Below, piece after piece: positions 1 to 13,075 of a stretch of 64,000 nt of DNA. The notes below the pieces were generated by a model. That model saw nothing but the letters and a program-made list of their open reading frames with translations. It did no database searches and had not been told where the DNA came from. The stretch comes from Antedon mediterranea (taxonomy: Eukaryota > Animalia > Echinodermata), in assembly GCF_964355755.1 (NCBI RefSeq), contig NC_092670.1, forward strand, positions 15,176,795 through 15,240,794, read 5' to 3'. A program made the position numbers and the translations under genes. Within the stretch, counting starts at the first letter, position 1, and each line of letters opens with the position of its first letter.

Positions 1-3000
1 TAAGAAGTTGGTTTTGAGCGGTGTCCACAAGTATTTGGCAAGGATGATCTGGGTATAGTGGTAAATCAACACAATCCGTTCTCGGGGCAGCCTTCATCGT
101 ATTACCAAACTCATAATCACTTTGAGCTGCTGCGAAAGAGTATGGATTCATGTTCAAGTCATTTTCAGGATCACCATCCATGTTCCCGCAAAGTCCGTTC
201 ATTGTGCCTTGATAGATTTCTGGCATCTGCACGTATACACCAGCTCGTCCATCGAATGATACTTTTATACCTAAAAAATAATTAAATTTGCGTCATTTTA
301 AACTGAATTAATAATACAGTTAGATCAAAGAATATGTGACTCGTACAAATTAGGAAAATTGATCATAATTAATCAAATAATTTTGAGTATGTAGAATGGT
401 CTTCACACAGCCACTAGAAAAAGATTAGGATGGGGAGGGGGCCAAATATATTTCAACTCAACTCAACTCAACGTAAACATTTATTTTCTTTCTTTCATTC
501 AATAATAAAACAAATGAATAAGGTATTAAAAAAGTAAGTACGAGTTACAAATAATACATTTCATTAATATAATATATAAACACGACAGGCAAAGAACATT
601 AGTTCTAAACCGCCCGGTGATATACTGAAATTTTAATTAATTAATTTGAAACGATAAAGATGAGAAAATATAATATATTTAATTCCAAAGGCAAATTACT
701 GAAAAAATTAAAATGATGTATATATAAATGGCTGATCTCTATGGAGATACAAATGAAATAAGCAAAAGGCTAAAACTATTTGTTATGATATTCAAATCTC
801 TACATTAAGTGGGAAAAAATTCTATTTTAGTTTGATTTTCCGTTTTGTATTATTTTTTGTTGTACAGTATATATGGAATATATATTCTGAAATAAAGTGA
901 TCAAATCAAATCAAATCAAAGGACGGTGAAACACCCAGAAAAAAAAAATCAGAGCTTACACCAGCCCTTCTTTAGTGCAAGTGAATGTACTTAGACAAGA
1001 TTGAGACTTTAAGGCAGGCAACGGTTAAGCACTGGCTAAATGGACTGTTATAATATAAGTATATAATAAGTATATATTTGTATAAGTATAATGACGTACC
1101 ATCATTAGATTGGAAAATCAAGTAAACGCCGAGGGAAACAATGGTGACATCATTTTCTGTACGTGGAATTCGTTTTTCGACTCTATTTTCAGTAAGCACC
1201 TTGCCTGGATACAGCATATACTCCATTCCTTCATATCTTTAAAAGGGAAAAAAAACATTTAAAGCAAGTACTGTACATAGAGCTTGGTTCCCACTAGGAA
1301 TCAATGCATGTCATTTGAACAATCATGATGCAACACCTGATGTTCCATCGTTTTGTGGTCAAATATCTTGTGTTTCATTTATGTTCTTTTGTTGCGTCGT
1401 TGTGGAAATTATACTTTAATCTTCTTAGCATTTTGCCAAGTAATAGTAATATTATTATTGATACTTTGTGACTTACGTGATACAGACTGCATATCTGCAA
1501 ATATTTCCAGAATTATCACAGTCATAATCGGTTATTATATCAACTGAAAAATGGTCTGGATCACCCTCATAGGAAGCCAGACTGTAGGTACATTTTCCAG
1601 GAAAAATGACAACTCGGCCATCAAATGAACGGTAATGTGAATTACAGCAAGCTGTACAAACTAAATTGCAAAAATAGTAGTGTTATCATTAGCAAAAATA
1701 AGCAGGGCCATAGCCACTAGCACGGTTGGTGAGGTTTCAACCAGAGCACTTTTTGACAGGACACACCCATTGATTAATTAAATAGAATACAGTAGGCCAA
1801 TGTTGCTTTGGTCAATTACGCATCACGTGTCATGCGGTATTTAGTTTTATAACAAACCTGATTGCATTCTTGCAATTTCATTGGTCAATTACGCATCACG
1901 TTACATTTGAAAAAGTTGTATCTAATCTAATTTTGCAACACGACAATTGTTAATGATATGGAAATCAACTCATCTAAAACTGTTCTACTCTAATTTAGAG
2001 CACTGCCTTTTTTAATGGCCTAGCTTCCGAGTCTAGCATTCGTCAATGGTTTACGATAAATAAATTAAATAAAAGTAGGTGTGTTATAAAACAAAAAATT
2101 AATTTATTGTTTGTATACTAACAGAAAGGTACTTTTTTATGGAATTGATGTTTGTTTTAATAAATATATTTTTGTAAATTTATCAATTGTATATGGTAAT
2201 TTTGAATGTGAATGAATACTATAATTATTTCTGTTGAGGAAAACAATTTTTCCATGTACCCCTTTTTATATGGCCTACATTGCAGCATAAAAATTGGTTA
2301 TTACTTACTACGGCTGTCATTAAAACCTAGAAAAAAAGAAGAAATTAATTAATATTATAAAAACAAAATACTAAAATCTATAATGCGTGAAACAGGGTTC
2401 ATACTACACTTTCTCAATTTCTATAACATTGTTTACGCAGAATAATTATATAAATGGTGTCATAAAACATAAAAATCTCTCCTTCCCACCCAAAGAGATC
2501 TTTCCTAGGTCTAGGTTAAATGCTTCTCCTTAATTCCACCACTGCCTTCTTCTATCTCAAAATAACTAACAGAAAAGTTTGATGATAGGCCTATAGTTAC
2601 ATTTCAAAACCCTGAATAAATTAATGATAAAACATCCCCCACACCTCTTCGGTACTGTATGTCTAATTTTAAAATTGTATCCAAATTTGAAGAAGACATT
2701 TTATAAAACAAACATTATCAACTTATTTTTTAAAAAAGAACTTGTCTCGGAAACACTTTCAATGACAATTATGGTAGTCTTTAAAGATCTATTCTTTTAA
2801 AGTATGCTTGCATTTTTCTTTTTATATAAAAATTACACAGTATATATATTTTGCATAAAACAAACACCGTTTAATTTAACCATATATATATGCATAGAGA
2901 TATTATAGTGAACTATAATATCTCTATGATTGATGTAAAGTTGACAACTATTTTAGTGTCTTTCTTCTTCTATTTTTGGTTTTTCTTTTATGGCCTTGCA

Positions 3001-6000
3001 CAGCCATGACAAAAGACACCTTTGACGTGTTAAAAGTAGGTATTGCCATTATCATCATCCTACCCAATAGCCAATAAAAAACACGTAACTTACTATCAAA
3101 GATACCACTTCCATCACCATTAATGTTACCTAAAAACAAATAATAAAAAGAATTTATTCATCTAAAAGAAATTTATTTACTACATAAACTATGTTTAAAA
3201 AGTTCTTCACGATGCTATAAAAAAACACAAAAATTTAGTGTTACAAAATCAAGCTTTTAAAAACAAAGATTTATACACATGATAAGGAGTATACTGAATT
3301 TTCAAAACTTACTGTCAATTTCAGTACAGTATGCACCCGTGTAACCTTGTGTACATCCACATGTTTCCGGTTGGACGCAAATGCCACCATTTTCACATGG
3401 TGTTGTACAGATTGCTGAAAGAAGATAATCAAATATCATTTGTGAAAAACTGAAACATGCAAAACCTTCACAATCTATAGGAAAATTTAGATCATCCATG
3501 AAAACATAATTTGTTAGTCAGCAACACAATGTTTGGTTCTCAACATCTAGTCCATGCAAACATGTTTATATACTAGATGGTACGCTAACTTCCCATCTAG
3601 GTCCTGCCTACAGACGGTTCTCTAATAAAACCGTAATTTCAGCGTAAAAAAACTGGCAATTTCAAATGCATGTACTGCAGGATTATAATACATTGTCATT
3701 TACAGAAATGAATAGACAATGATTTATGTAGTCAATTGAAATTAATACCCTGGAATTACTTCTGAAATAGAAACTTGTCACAAAATGAGTCATTTAAACA
3801 AACCCAATTTGTGTTTTGTATGTACAGTAACATGAGGGGTGAGGGATGGGGAAGAGGTTGGGTACAAAGAGGAAACATTTTTAAATATACAGTTAATCAG
3901 GTAAATCAAGGCAATCTATAACAGGATGCTGAGATAGGAACTTCCAGTCCTTTGATCTTACGATTGGCTTCTACAAATTCATACTAGTTACTGTTACATA
4001 CCAAGTACATTATTCTCTGGTTTCTGTTTAGGGGCGTGTAATTGGTCGTGTCACAACCACACATAAAACCATTGATCTAATAGAGCTCAGCATCCTGTTG
4101 TTAGATTGACTTGGGTAAATTCATCCTATAATACTTACGATCATTGCACAGAATACCACTCCAGCCCTCATTACAAATGCAAATACATCCGTCACTTAGT
4201 TCTCCATGTGTACAATCTTGGTCACATGCACTTGTATCTGTAATACCTTTACAAAAAAAGTGATAATAAATTCATGCCTGATACGGTTTTATTAAAGTGT
4301 AGATGAAATTTGCTTGTTGGTAGGAGAATTTGCCCAAACAAATTATCATCAGCTACTAGGCCTATTAGTGCTGCTCTAGACTGAAACAAAAACCCTTGGC
4401 TACTTACGATCAGAACAAGTCAAGCCTTCAAATTCTTCTGTACACCGACAATCATTAGGGCTAATGCATTCACCACCGTTTTCACAAGCTGGGTCACAAA
4501 CTGGAAGACAAGGACTTCCATCGTAGCCAGTGTTACATGTACATTCACCCGGGTTGGTGCATTCTGCATTTTCACCACATTCTGGATCACATAGAGCTAA
4601 AATTAAGAGAATAAACACAAAGTGACTACAGACATGCATGTAAATATTTGCAATTTCAATTTATCTATAGGCTCTTTAATGAAGAATAAACTACTTTATT
4701 ATGTTAACACATATTTGTACAATGTTTTCAATGTAGTTATTGAGGACTGGCAGGCATTGTCAGCATTTGATTACCTCAATTGAGCATAGACTGTATGCAG
4801 AGAGTGGGAAGTACTTCAAATTTTGTGTTAACATTATTGATGGCCAGTGAAATTAAATGTTCAGTAAGAAAAACAGATTTAATAGCCAGGCAAGCCAGTT
4901 AAAAACAACCCTAAGCACAACCCCTGCAGTTAGTCAATTTTGTGTTTTATTTGTTTCTCTTTGGTTGATTAAATAGCATTAAAAGGTGTTTGGTCTTTCC
5001 TCACCTTTTACTCTATATCTTTTTTTTGTATTTGACAGAACTTTTGAATAAATGAATAATAAAACAAAAATGAATAATAAAACAAAAATAAATAGTTTGA
5101 GCGGGATGTAATGTTTTTCCCGCATCCTCTCTCATGCTACTTACGTTGTGCACAATACTCTCCTGTATAGCCAGTGGTGTCACAGTTGCAATGATCTGGT
5201 TCATCGCACACACCTCCGTTCTGACATGATGACGAGCATACAGCTGTTAATGGAAAAAAAAATGATCGTGTACAGATGATCAGTTACTATTTTACAGTAA
5301 AGATTCTAGAAAAATTTAACATATTTTAATGAAACAACACATTTATTGATGTCATATGGATGTAATATCAGATCCTAGAAAACTCAAATATCTGAGTTTT
5401 CTAGTTCTAGAAAACTCCACATCAGGAATGCTTCCGCTTGAAAATTATAACAAATAATATAACAAATATAATAAAAAAAATAATAAAATCTTTATTTTTA
5501 AAACAAAATGTGTTCTTCCATGAGGCCGTATGAAAGAAATAAAACTACAATATCACAATTATCAAACTGATGAGCAAACAAGAAAATTATACATTGAAAA
5601 AGAAAAAATTATAACAACAATTTATATTAATGAATTAATAGATTTTCTAGTTAGTAGATAAAATTAAAACAGAACAGTTAAAAAATTATAAAACTCACTA
5701 CAACAAAAAACAGTCTTAAAATAAGAAGAAATTAATCTTTTGAAATTGTTTAGGGAAAGTGCATTTTTTGTGTTTATATCAATTTCGTTCCAAATTTTGG
5801 CTCCACAGTAAAAAAAGCTTTTCTTTTTATATTCTGTGTTTGGCTTTACTAGACACAGGTCATTTTTAGATCTTGTATTATATGAGGATTTGCTTTGAGT
5901 AAATTTATTTGATAGATAAGTCGGAGTTAAGTCATTTGTTACTTTATACATTAAGACTTTTCGTTGTAGGTTAGTTTCCATTCAAGATTATTCCAATTTA

Positions 6001-9000
6001 GTTCTTCAAGTGCCTGTAGCTGAATCATACTTGCTTTTTTTAGTGATTATTTTTGCTGCCCTATTTTGAAGCACTTGAAATGTATGATTTAGATGTTTAT
6101 TGCATCTGCACCATACGATGTTACAGTAGTCAAAATGGGGGGGGGGGGGGGGCTATAATTGTTTTATATAGCATTATCTGGAGATGCTTTGGCAACAAAC
6201 AACTAGCTTTTTTAAGATAGAACAAACCTGGCAGAACTTTGTTTTTAATAAGCTCAACATGTTTGTTCCAGGCTAGACATTCATCAATTTTAACACCTAG
6301 GTGTTTACATTGTGAAACCCTTTTATATTCAATTTATATTAATATTTAAGTTCGTGTTTGATAGCTTTGAAAAAATAATGTTTTAACATTTTTTTTTAAT
6401 ATGCAATTATAACGTTACATAATAGTTATTCACTAGTTTGACCAAAAATTGGGGTTTGGATGAAGTTAACAGTTTATTTTGTCTTTTTTTATGAAGTAAG
6501 TGAAAACATTGTTTTTTTCTACAAAAGTGATTAACTTTATGAAAGCTGCAAAATGGACTATTCATTCAAAGTTAAATTGAATTAATCTTCATTTTTCATT
6601 TCATTTTTAGGGGACATTATATCTTTAATTTTCCAACATTAAATGTTTTTCGAATGAATTAAGGCATCTAAAAAAAAATGAATACTTACGTTCATCACAG
6701 TTTTCTCCTTGCCAACCTGCACAGCAAACTTGTTGAGGGACTTCATTTACTTCAGTGTTGGTAACATCAACGTCCACAGCCACAGCCCTAAATCAATAAT
6801 CGGATTAATCAATTAGACATAGAGGGGTGTTTTTGTTTCTCATTTTCAATAGAGTTATGCCACTTTATCCAGGTATGCTAGAGGCAGTTTTTCTTCACTA
6901 AAATATGAAACTTCATCAAAATGGGATCGTTATGAAAATTAATTAATAAGCGGCCAATTTTCATTGAATATATATTAATTAATAATAGGCTGTTCGTACT
7001 AGGCTGAATACAGATCACTCCGGCCGCGCTTCACTCCGGCCGCGCTTCACTCCGGCCGCGATTCATTCCGGCCGCGATGCATTCCGGCCGCAGCTATGGA
7101 GCGCCCAATGAGTCTTTTACAACCGAGAAACGTTTTTTGTAGAGAATCAAAATAAACATTTGTAATCATACAGTATATTTTTTCTCTTTCAGGATCACAA
7201 CAACAACATTGCAAGTGTTTTAAATTAGGTCTACTAATGCTAAAACAAAATAATTTATGTGTTTTATCCAATGTATAATAGGCTATTAATTGTAATGTGA
7301 TTAATTAATGTAATTTATTGCAATGTACCCTATATGTCATATTATTTTTATCATATATAAATTAAAATATAAAATCATTGTAAATTGGACTGTACAAAAA
7401 TGATATATTAATTCTTGATACAATTCCAGGTAACATTAATTAGACGGATATTTGATTATTTGAAATAAATTAATTAATATTGTAAATATTGTTATTAACT
7501 ATAACAAACATCAATAATAATTGATTATTTGAAATAAATAAATTAATATTTTACATATTGTTATTAACTATAATTAGTAAGTATGGGTACTGGCAAGATA
7601 AAGTGTTATAAAAATAAGGGTTTTAACTAATTTTTAATGTTAATATGTAAAGCTATAAAAATAAATGTACATAGAAAGAAATTAAATATTGTTATTCAAG
7701 CATTAATTAGACGGGTATTTGATTATTATTTTATTATTGAATTTAATTAAGTTAAGTTTAGTTTGAAAGAAAAAGCAGTTCCAACTTCTTTGAATGTTAT
7801 TGTTAATGAAAAAAGTAAAATTGTTGCTAATAAATATTCAATTAGTTCCATTTAAATTCACCAAGAATTTGTTATAACACTGAACAGTATAGAAAAGGTA
7901 GATATGGGCGCTCTATACTAACCAAAGATCGTATAGCGCCACTCGCTACGGCCCCCTTTGCACAGGAAGTCGAATTGAATATAATATTTAGCGGCCTAGC
8001 TAGGCCCTCTAGGTGTAGCCCAGGCCTAGGCTAGAGTGTAGAGTACGAGTAGCCTAGGCTAGTAGTAGGCCTAAAAAGGCCTAGCCTAAAAAAGTATGCC
8101 TGGGCCCTCTATCTATCATAATGTATATGATGAGCCTGCCGCAATGAAAAATTAACGTATTGTTGTACCATGGTGGCTTAGATCAAAAGTTAGTGATACA
8201 TAGATAGAGTGTCAGTGAGTCATAAATAATTGTATAAGAAAAAAATGTCTTTACACGCCGAGTCTTTAAAGTTGAAACTCCCACCCCTCTACAACAACTC
8301 ACACCACAACCACACACAACAGGTGAGCTGCTAGTTTTTGCCGAAAGCTTGCCTCGCGCCCTCTCTCGTATAAGGTACAAAAATCATTACTCTGATGGGC
8401 CTCCTATCAGTACTATTGATTAATTATTGGTTTTAAGATTTTCGAAGCATTATTCAAATAGAACATTCCAATCAGTTATAGGCCTACTGGGAATTGATTT
8501 ATATTACACACATTTAGGATGTATATTGTGATATTAATTTCCATAGGCTGAAAAAGTAAGAATCACCACAGTCGTACAATGAACATTCATTAATTATTAA
8601 AGGTTTATTAATTAATTATTCATAAGATTGAAGGTGGATCATCATTTTGAAATTTTTATGTTTATTGAGGTTATCATAATAACAAAAAAGGACCTCTCAT
8701 CCACTCTTGATCGTTTATTCCCCCAATCACACAGCTAAGAAAAACACAATATTAAAATCTAACTATGTTCCTTTAAGTCACTACCAGTTAAAGACTGTAT
8801 TGTCCTCCCCACCCCACCTTCCCCATCCTCCCTCTACCCCCAAAAAATTGTAGTTTAAAGGGCTTTTAAGGGTAATCACTTCCATAGAAAAAAAAACCAA
8901 AATTTATATTTAAGAAAAACCAAAATAAACGGTTTAAATCAACCAAAAAAGCAATTTGACTATTTTTTTTTTTTTTTGGCTTTCAATTATTTTATTTTTT

Positions 9001-10381
9001 TTCAGGTGAATTATTATTTTTTTTTCGATCCTTTTTGGTGAAAATGAATAACTAATACGTGTCATTAAAATGGCATATTTTCAGCAAAATTGAAAAAAAA
9101 TGTTTTAATTATTGTTTATGAGACAATATATCTTTAAATTACGTAAATATGTATAGGCCTACAGTACTAGTAGAAATATCTCACACAATATACTTGATGT
9201 ACGGTGGAATAAAGTGTGTGGACTGTGTCGAATTCTATTGCTTGTCCGCACATACAACTCATCCCCCACCCTAATCTGTCAAACAGACACCTAACCTGGC
9301 ATTCATTTTAAAAATGTTCCCCTAGTAGTCATATTAAATTCATACGTGTTATTATTAGATTAAGTGAAACGAAACACTTACCTCAAAACTGTACATTGGC
9401 CATTTCCTATTTCCTGAAGATTAGAGTCACCTTCTATTGTTTCACCACAGTTAATGGTAACAGTTTGGAGTTGAGTCTCGCTTTCAACTTGCTCGACTTC
9501 TTGGCTCACTTGAACCATCTCTGTACACCAGTGACCACCCGGCGCAAGCGGGGCAACTCCATCCACTACTTCGTTACCAGTATCAGCCACAGTGACAATT
9601 GTCTCTGTGCTTTGGCAGCTGAAATATCATTGAATTTAATTATTAGGAAAGTGTGAAATAAAAAACAGGGACAAATTTGTCCCGACGTGACATTTGTCTC
9701 CACACCATCGTGTTGTTTCCTCTCCTCAGCGTTATATTTCTATCATTTCGCATAGAATTTACACATTCAGACCTAATAATATTTTATTCATAATACTACA
9801 GTAGTATGTACTATTTTTTTTTTTTTTCTCAGTAAATACTATATTTACAGCCTTTAAATTCATATTTATCTCTTTCATTACCAAACAAAGATGAAGCTTA
9901 CCGTACTCTTCTCAAAATAAAATAAATCAAGTGTTATTTTTTAATCTTTACGGTGTAAACCTAAACTAAATTACCTTATGAGCTTAATCAATTACGCGAA
10001 AATTGATTACTTCGATCCAACTAGTAGGCCTAACTATGATATCTGTTGCGATTTTATAAATTGTGTTCCACGAGTCCCTAGATTCAGAAGACCGCCCCGC
10101 CCTCCCATTCCCTGTTGTTAAGGATACTAAGTTGGGAACAACTAATAACTTAGTATTAAGTAGAATTACCTTGCTGATACTACTACTCAGAAGGAAGATA
10201 TTTTGATATCAATGAATGGCCTAAATATTGTTGAATGAATGTCCTATGTATCTTGACTAGGAACGAACAATTAACGTATAACATAAACAGAACTAAATAA
10301 AATACAAATATGAAGTTATATTTACCTAGCCAAATAAAGAAGGCTTAATGTTAACGCCAAGAAGAACGCCTTCGGCGCCAT
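1..10381 (-). CDS. Secreted EMI + 5 EGF-like + VWD domain protein, 5' part only (SCO-spondin/hemolectin/otogelin-like); continues beyond window start
   Basis: Phase-consistent GT-AG exons: 10381-10326 (signal peptide MAPKAFFLALTLSLLYLAS), 9618-9382 and 6787-6690 (EMI-like: GHWC...INC...QC...VCCAGWQGENC), 5243-5145, 4596-4408, 4246-4139, 3414-3313 (EGF-like repeats, e.g. CENGGECISPNDCRCTEEFEGLTC), 3129-3094, 2326-2309 (mini-exons), 1660-1477, 1236-1100, 270-<1 (VWD: CTACCNSHYRSFDG..FPGKCTYSL ... GLCGNMDGDPEND). No stops in the spliced frame. Confidence 0.9.
683..1030 (-). repeat. Decayed solo copy of the Penelope-like terminal repeat
   Basis: TCCAAAGGCAAATTACTGAAAAAAT..GGCTG.ATCTC..GAGATACAAA..CAGAGCTT..AGTGCAAGTGA aligns by eye to 61328-61510, interrupted by an insertion at ~780-920; hammerhead core mutated. 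Confidence 0.65.
3907..4113. mobile_element. MITE with CAAG termini and 7-bp TSD (P-element-like)
   Basis: TIR CAAGGCAATCTATAACAGGATGCTGAG / CTCAGCATCCTGTTGTTAGATTGACTTG; TSD GGTAAAT at 3900-3906 and 4114-4120. Confidence 0.8.
5600..6320 (-). mobile_element. 5'-truncated CR1/L2(Crack)-type LINE 3' fragment, intronic
   Basis: Frameshifted ORF2 tail: ..HFDYCNIVW..QVLQNRAAKII.. and MYKVTNDLTPTYL...YNTRS...KKSFFYCGAKIWNEI; followed by A/T-rich 3' UTR. Confidence 0.8.
7015..7092. repeat. GC-rich 16-bp tandem repeat (about 5 units), probably a transposon subterminal array
   Basis: (TCACTCCGGCCGCGCT)n-type units in an otherwise AT-rich intron. Confidence 0.75.
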
Positions 10382-10551
10382 TCCTCCGCGGTGTATAATC
10401 CTTTGTTTAAATAAAATTATACGATAATTGGCAAGCTAACCTTTCTTAATTAACAACACGATATTAATTATCTTCTACTGAAGATGAATTCGTCGATTTC
10501 GAACCAAGCGAAAGGAAACTTGGTTCTATACAGTTCTATACCTGCCGACCG

Positions 10552-10611
10552 TTTTTTATACTAACGTAGATTTTGTATTGATCAGAGAAAAAAGAAGCTC
10601 ATTGATTGGTC
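10552..10611 (-). promoter_or_regulatory. Putative core promoter of the EMI-EGF-VWD gene (CCAAT box plus TATA box)
   Basis: On the minus strand CCAAT at ~10605-10609 and TATAAAAA at ~10553-10560, about 170 nt upstream of the ATG at 10381. Motif match only. Confidence 0.4.
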
Positions 10612-12333
10612 AAAACTTTCTAGAAAGTGCCTATAGAAAATAGTGAACGTATTTTCAGTGGCTGAAAATCAATCAGAACAGTTGTTTTGTAATGACAGTT
10701 TTTGTAGAGTATTACATCGATTTTACTGATTTCAGTGAACAGATGGTGGAATAAAAGAAAATTCAATAAAATCAATCGTTATTAAGCCTTTTGAACGCTT
10801 TACACAGTAATTCAAATCGAATACCGGAGGATTTGTAGTAGTCAATTATAACATTGGCCTACAATGCAATTATTTTGCCTCACCGGATAAATACTAAAAA
10901 AGAATCTATGAAAATAATTTCAATCAATGAAAATAAAGTACTCATTTTCATTATTAACTAAACATCAGAATACATTTTTAACTATAGTGAATTTGTTAAG
11001 GAGGGATCCAAACAAGATGTGTGACTGACTGAAGAGAAAGTGGGAACGACTGAAGTGAAAGGTCGGGTATAGCTCAAAACTAAAAATGTTCATAGACAAT
11101 TTATTCCCCCACACCTTTTATATTAAAGCCGCCATCCAGGCGAAAACCTGACTTCATACGATTTTATCCGTTTGAATTTAAATGAGTCTAACATAATATA
11201 AACCTACACACTGGGCACTCAATGTACAGGGAACAGAAGAATACAATTGCGACAAAATGGTACTTCATAATAATATTATATAAAACCATCACAGTTAGGA
11301 CTTGTAAACTTTATAGGCCGAAACATAAGAGTAGAAGAGTAGTTAGAGTCGATAAATGACAAAATAGAATGTTTTAATGTGGTAATGAAAACTTGTTAAC
11401 TTTTAATGTTATAGGACTTTTTTTTTCTTTTGTAAAATAGGTAAAAATGAAGAAATACCATATACTTTATACATTTTCTATTGGTTTTTTCTCATGTCAC
11501 CGCTGCGTCGGTTTTGTTTTCACTTTATTGTATATACCTTATTTATACTGAATCATAATAATACAAACAAAATCGTACTTCATTATTAGATTTTAATAGA
11601 AAACAAAGATGTTCGGATTTTCTATTTATACAAAGAACAATTTACATTTGGTGAAAGTATGTTCTATTTTCACCTCATGAAAATATTTGTATAATTGAAC
11701 TGATCAACATTCATTATCTGTGAATTATTAGCCTAATAAGGAGGCAAAATAACAAAAGATAAATTATTTCATGTGTTATTATTCTGAAACCAGTCCGGAC
11801 TCCGGGTTACAAAATGAATGAATCTAGAATGATGTGTATTGATATAATACACACATTCGCGAGTATAGCAGAAGTACAGTAGTTAGGCCTATCCTATAGT
11901 TTCATTGTATGGCGTAAGGACAGTTTTTCAGAAGGCTCTATAATTATGATTTTTATATGAAAATAATTAGCAGCCAAATAGCTGCAACCCGGAAGTATAA
12001 TATGTATTCTATCTGTGGATTGCTAACGGTTGACTGAAGTTCTTTTGTCGCTAATTGAAGCTTAATTAAGCCAATATAAGAGAACATTCATAAAGTGTGA
12101 TAATCAAGTCTGCTATTGCTGGTATCGATTTTATTCAATCAATGCAATATTTTGAAGAAAAAAAATTGCACAAATCAGCAAGATTAAATATGCTGATATC
12201 AGTAAGTTCCTGATTTTGAAGTATCATACTTTATTACGCTAAAAACATAAAAACAACTTTCCGGGTTGGATAAAAGATTTTCGATACTATTTTTGTTTAT
12301 TTCATTTATTTCATTTAATATTTATTCATTATA

Positions 12334-13075
12334 TTGCGACTATATATATCGTTAGTTAGACCATATATTGATTACGGTTTCCCTGCCTGGATCCCATTCT
12401 TTCTTAAAAAAGACATCGCTGCTCTTGAATCTGTCCCAAGGTCAGCCAGTGTTCCTTACCCTGAACGTTTGAAACGCCTTAATCTGATGTCCATTAACAA
12501 TCGTATTAGGTATTTATGTATTAATTTTGTTACCAAATATATGTACAAATTATATGATGTTAACGTTTTTAAATATTTATCTATTAATTGCAGACATATT
12601 AACAACCTTGAGTTGCGTAATAATTGTAGCTCGGACTGATTCATTTCATAACTCTGTCCTTAACTTTTTTGAGAGACTTTTCAGAGATCTGCCTGCGGAT
12701 CTCTGCGACCAACTTTTAATTAATATAAACTGTTTTAAGCATAGCCTTAAATATCTTACCAATCTGTTTTAAACTGTACATCTATATGTGTATTTTAAAG
12801 ATGTTTTCTTAATTCTATCTATTTAAATTACCAATAATTGTTTTATATAAATCAATTGCAAAATTTTATAGTTTTATCTCAATTTTATAGGAATTCATTT
12901 TTTTTTTGTGTGTGTTATTCATTTTGTGTAAGTATTTCGATGTGGAGAGCCCCCGGGAGAGCCACTCGACGGTTATTTTAATTTATAACTTTTAGGTAAT
13001 CCGGCCTCATTGGTTTACTTTAGTTAGTAGTGTTTTTTCTCTTTGTACTGTACTGTATATTGTCGAAATAAATGA
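12334..13075 (+). mobile_element. CR1-type LINE 3' fragment
   Basis: LYISLVRPYIDYG..W.P..KKDIAALESV..YPERLKRLNL is the typical post-RT region of CR1 ORF2; frameshifted; AATAAA tail near 13067. Confidence 0.8.

Noticed and set aside
58-285. Plus-strand ORFs overlapping exons (also 9396-9656, 38706-38888, 41001-41264, 63220-63420) and minus ORF 18931-19137
   Set aside because: Antisense shadows of real exons on the opposite strand.
6137-6153. Poly-G tract as G-quadruplex regulatory element
   Set aside because: Homopolymer expansion inside a dead LINE fragment; length is also prone to sequencing error.
10170-10190. Possible micro-exon (..AG|TATCAGCAAG|GTAA) in intron 1 of the VWD gene
   Set aside because: Exons 10381-10326 and 9618-9382 already join in phase 2; including it (10, 13 or 16 nt) would shift the frame.
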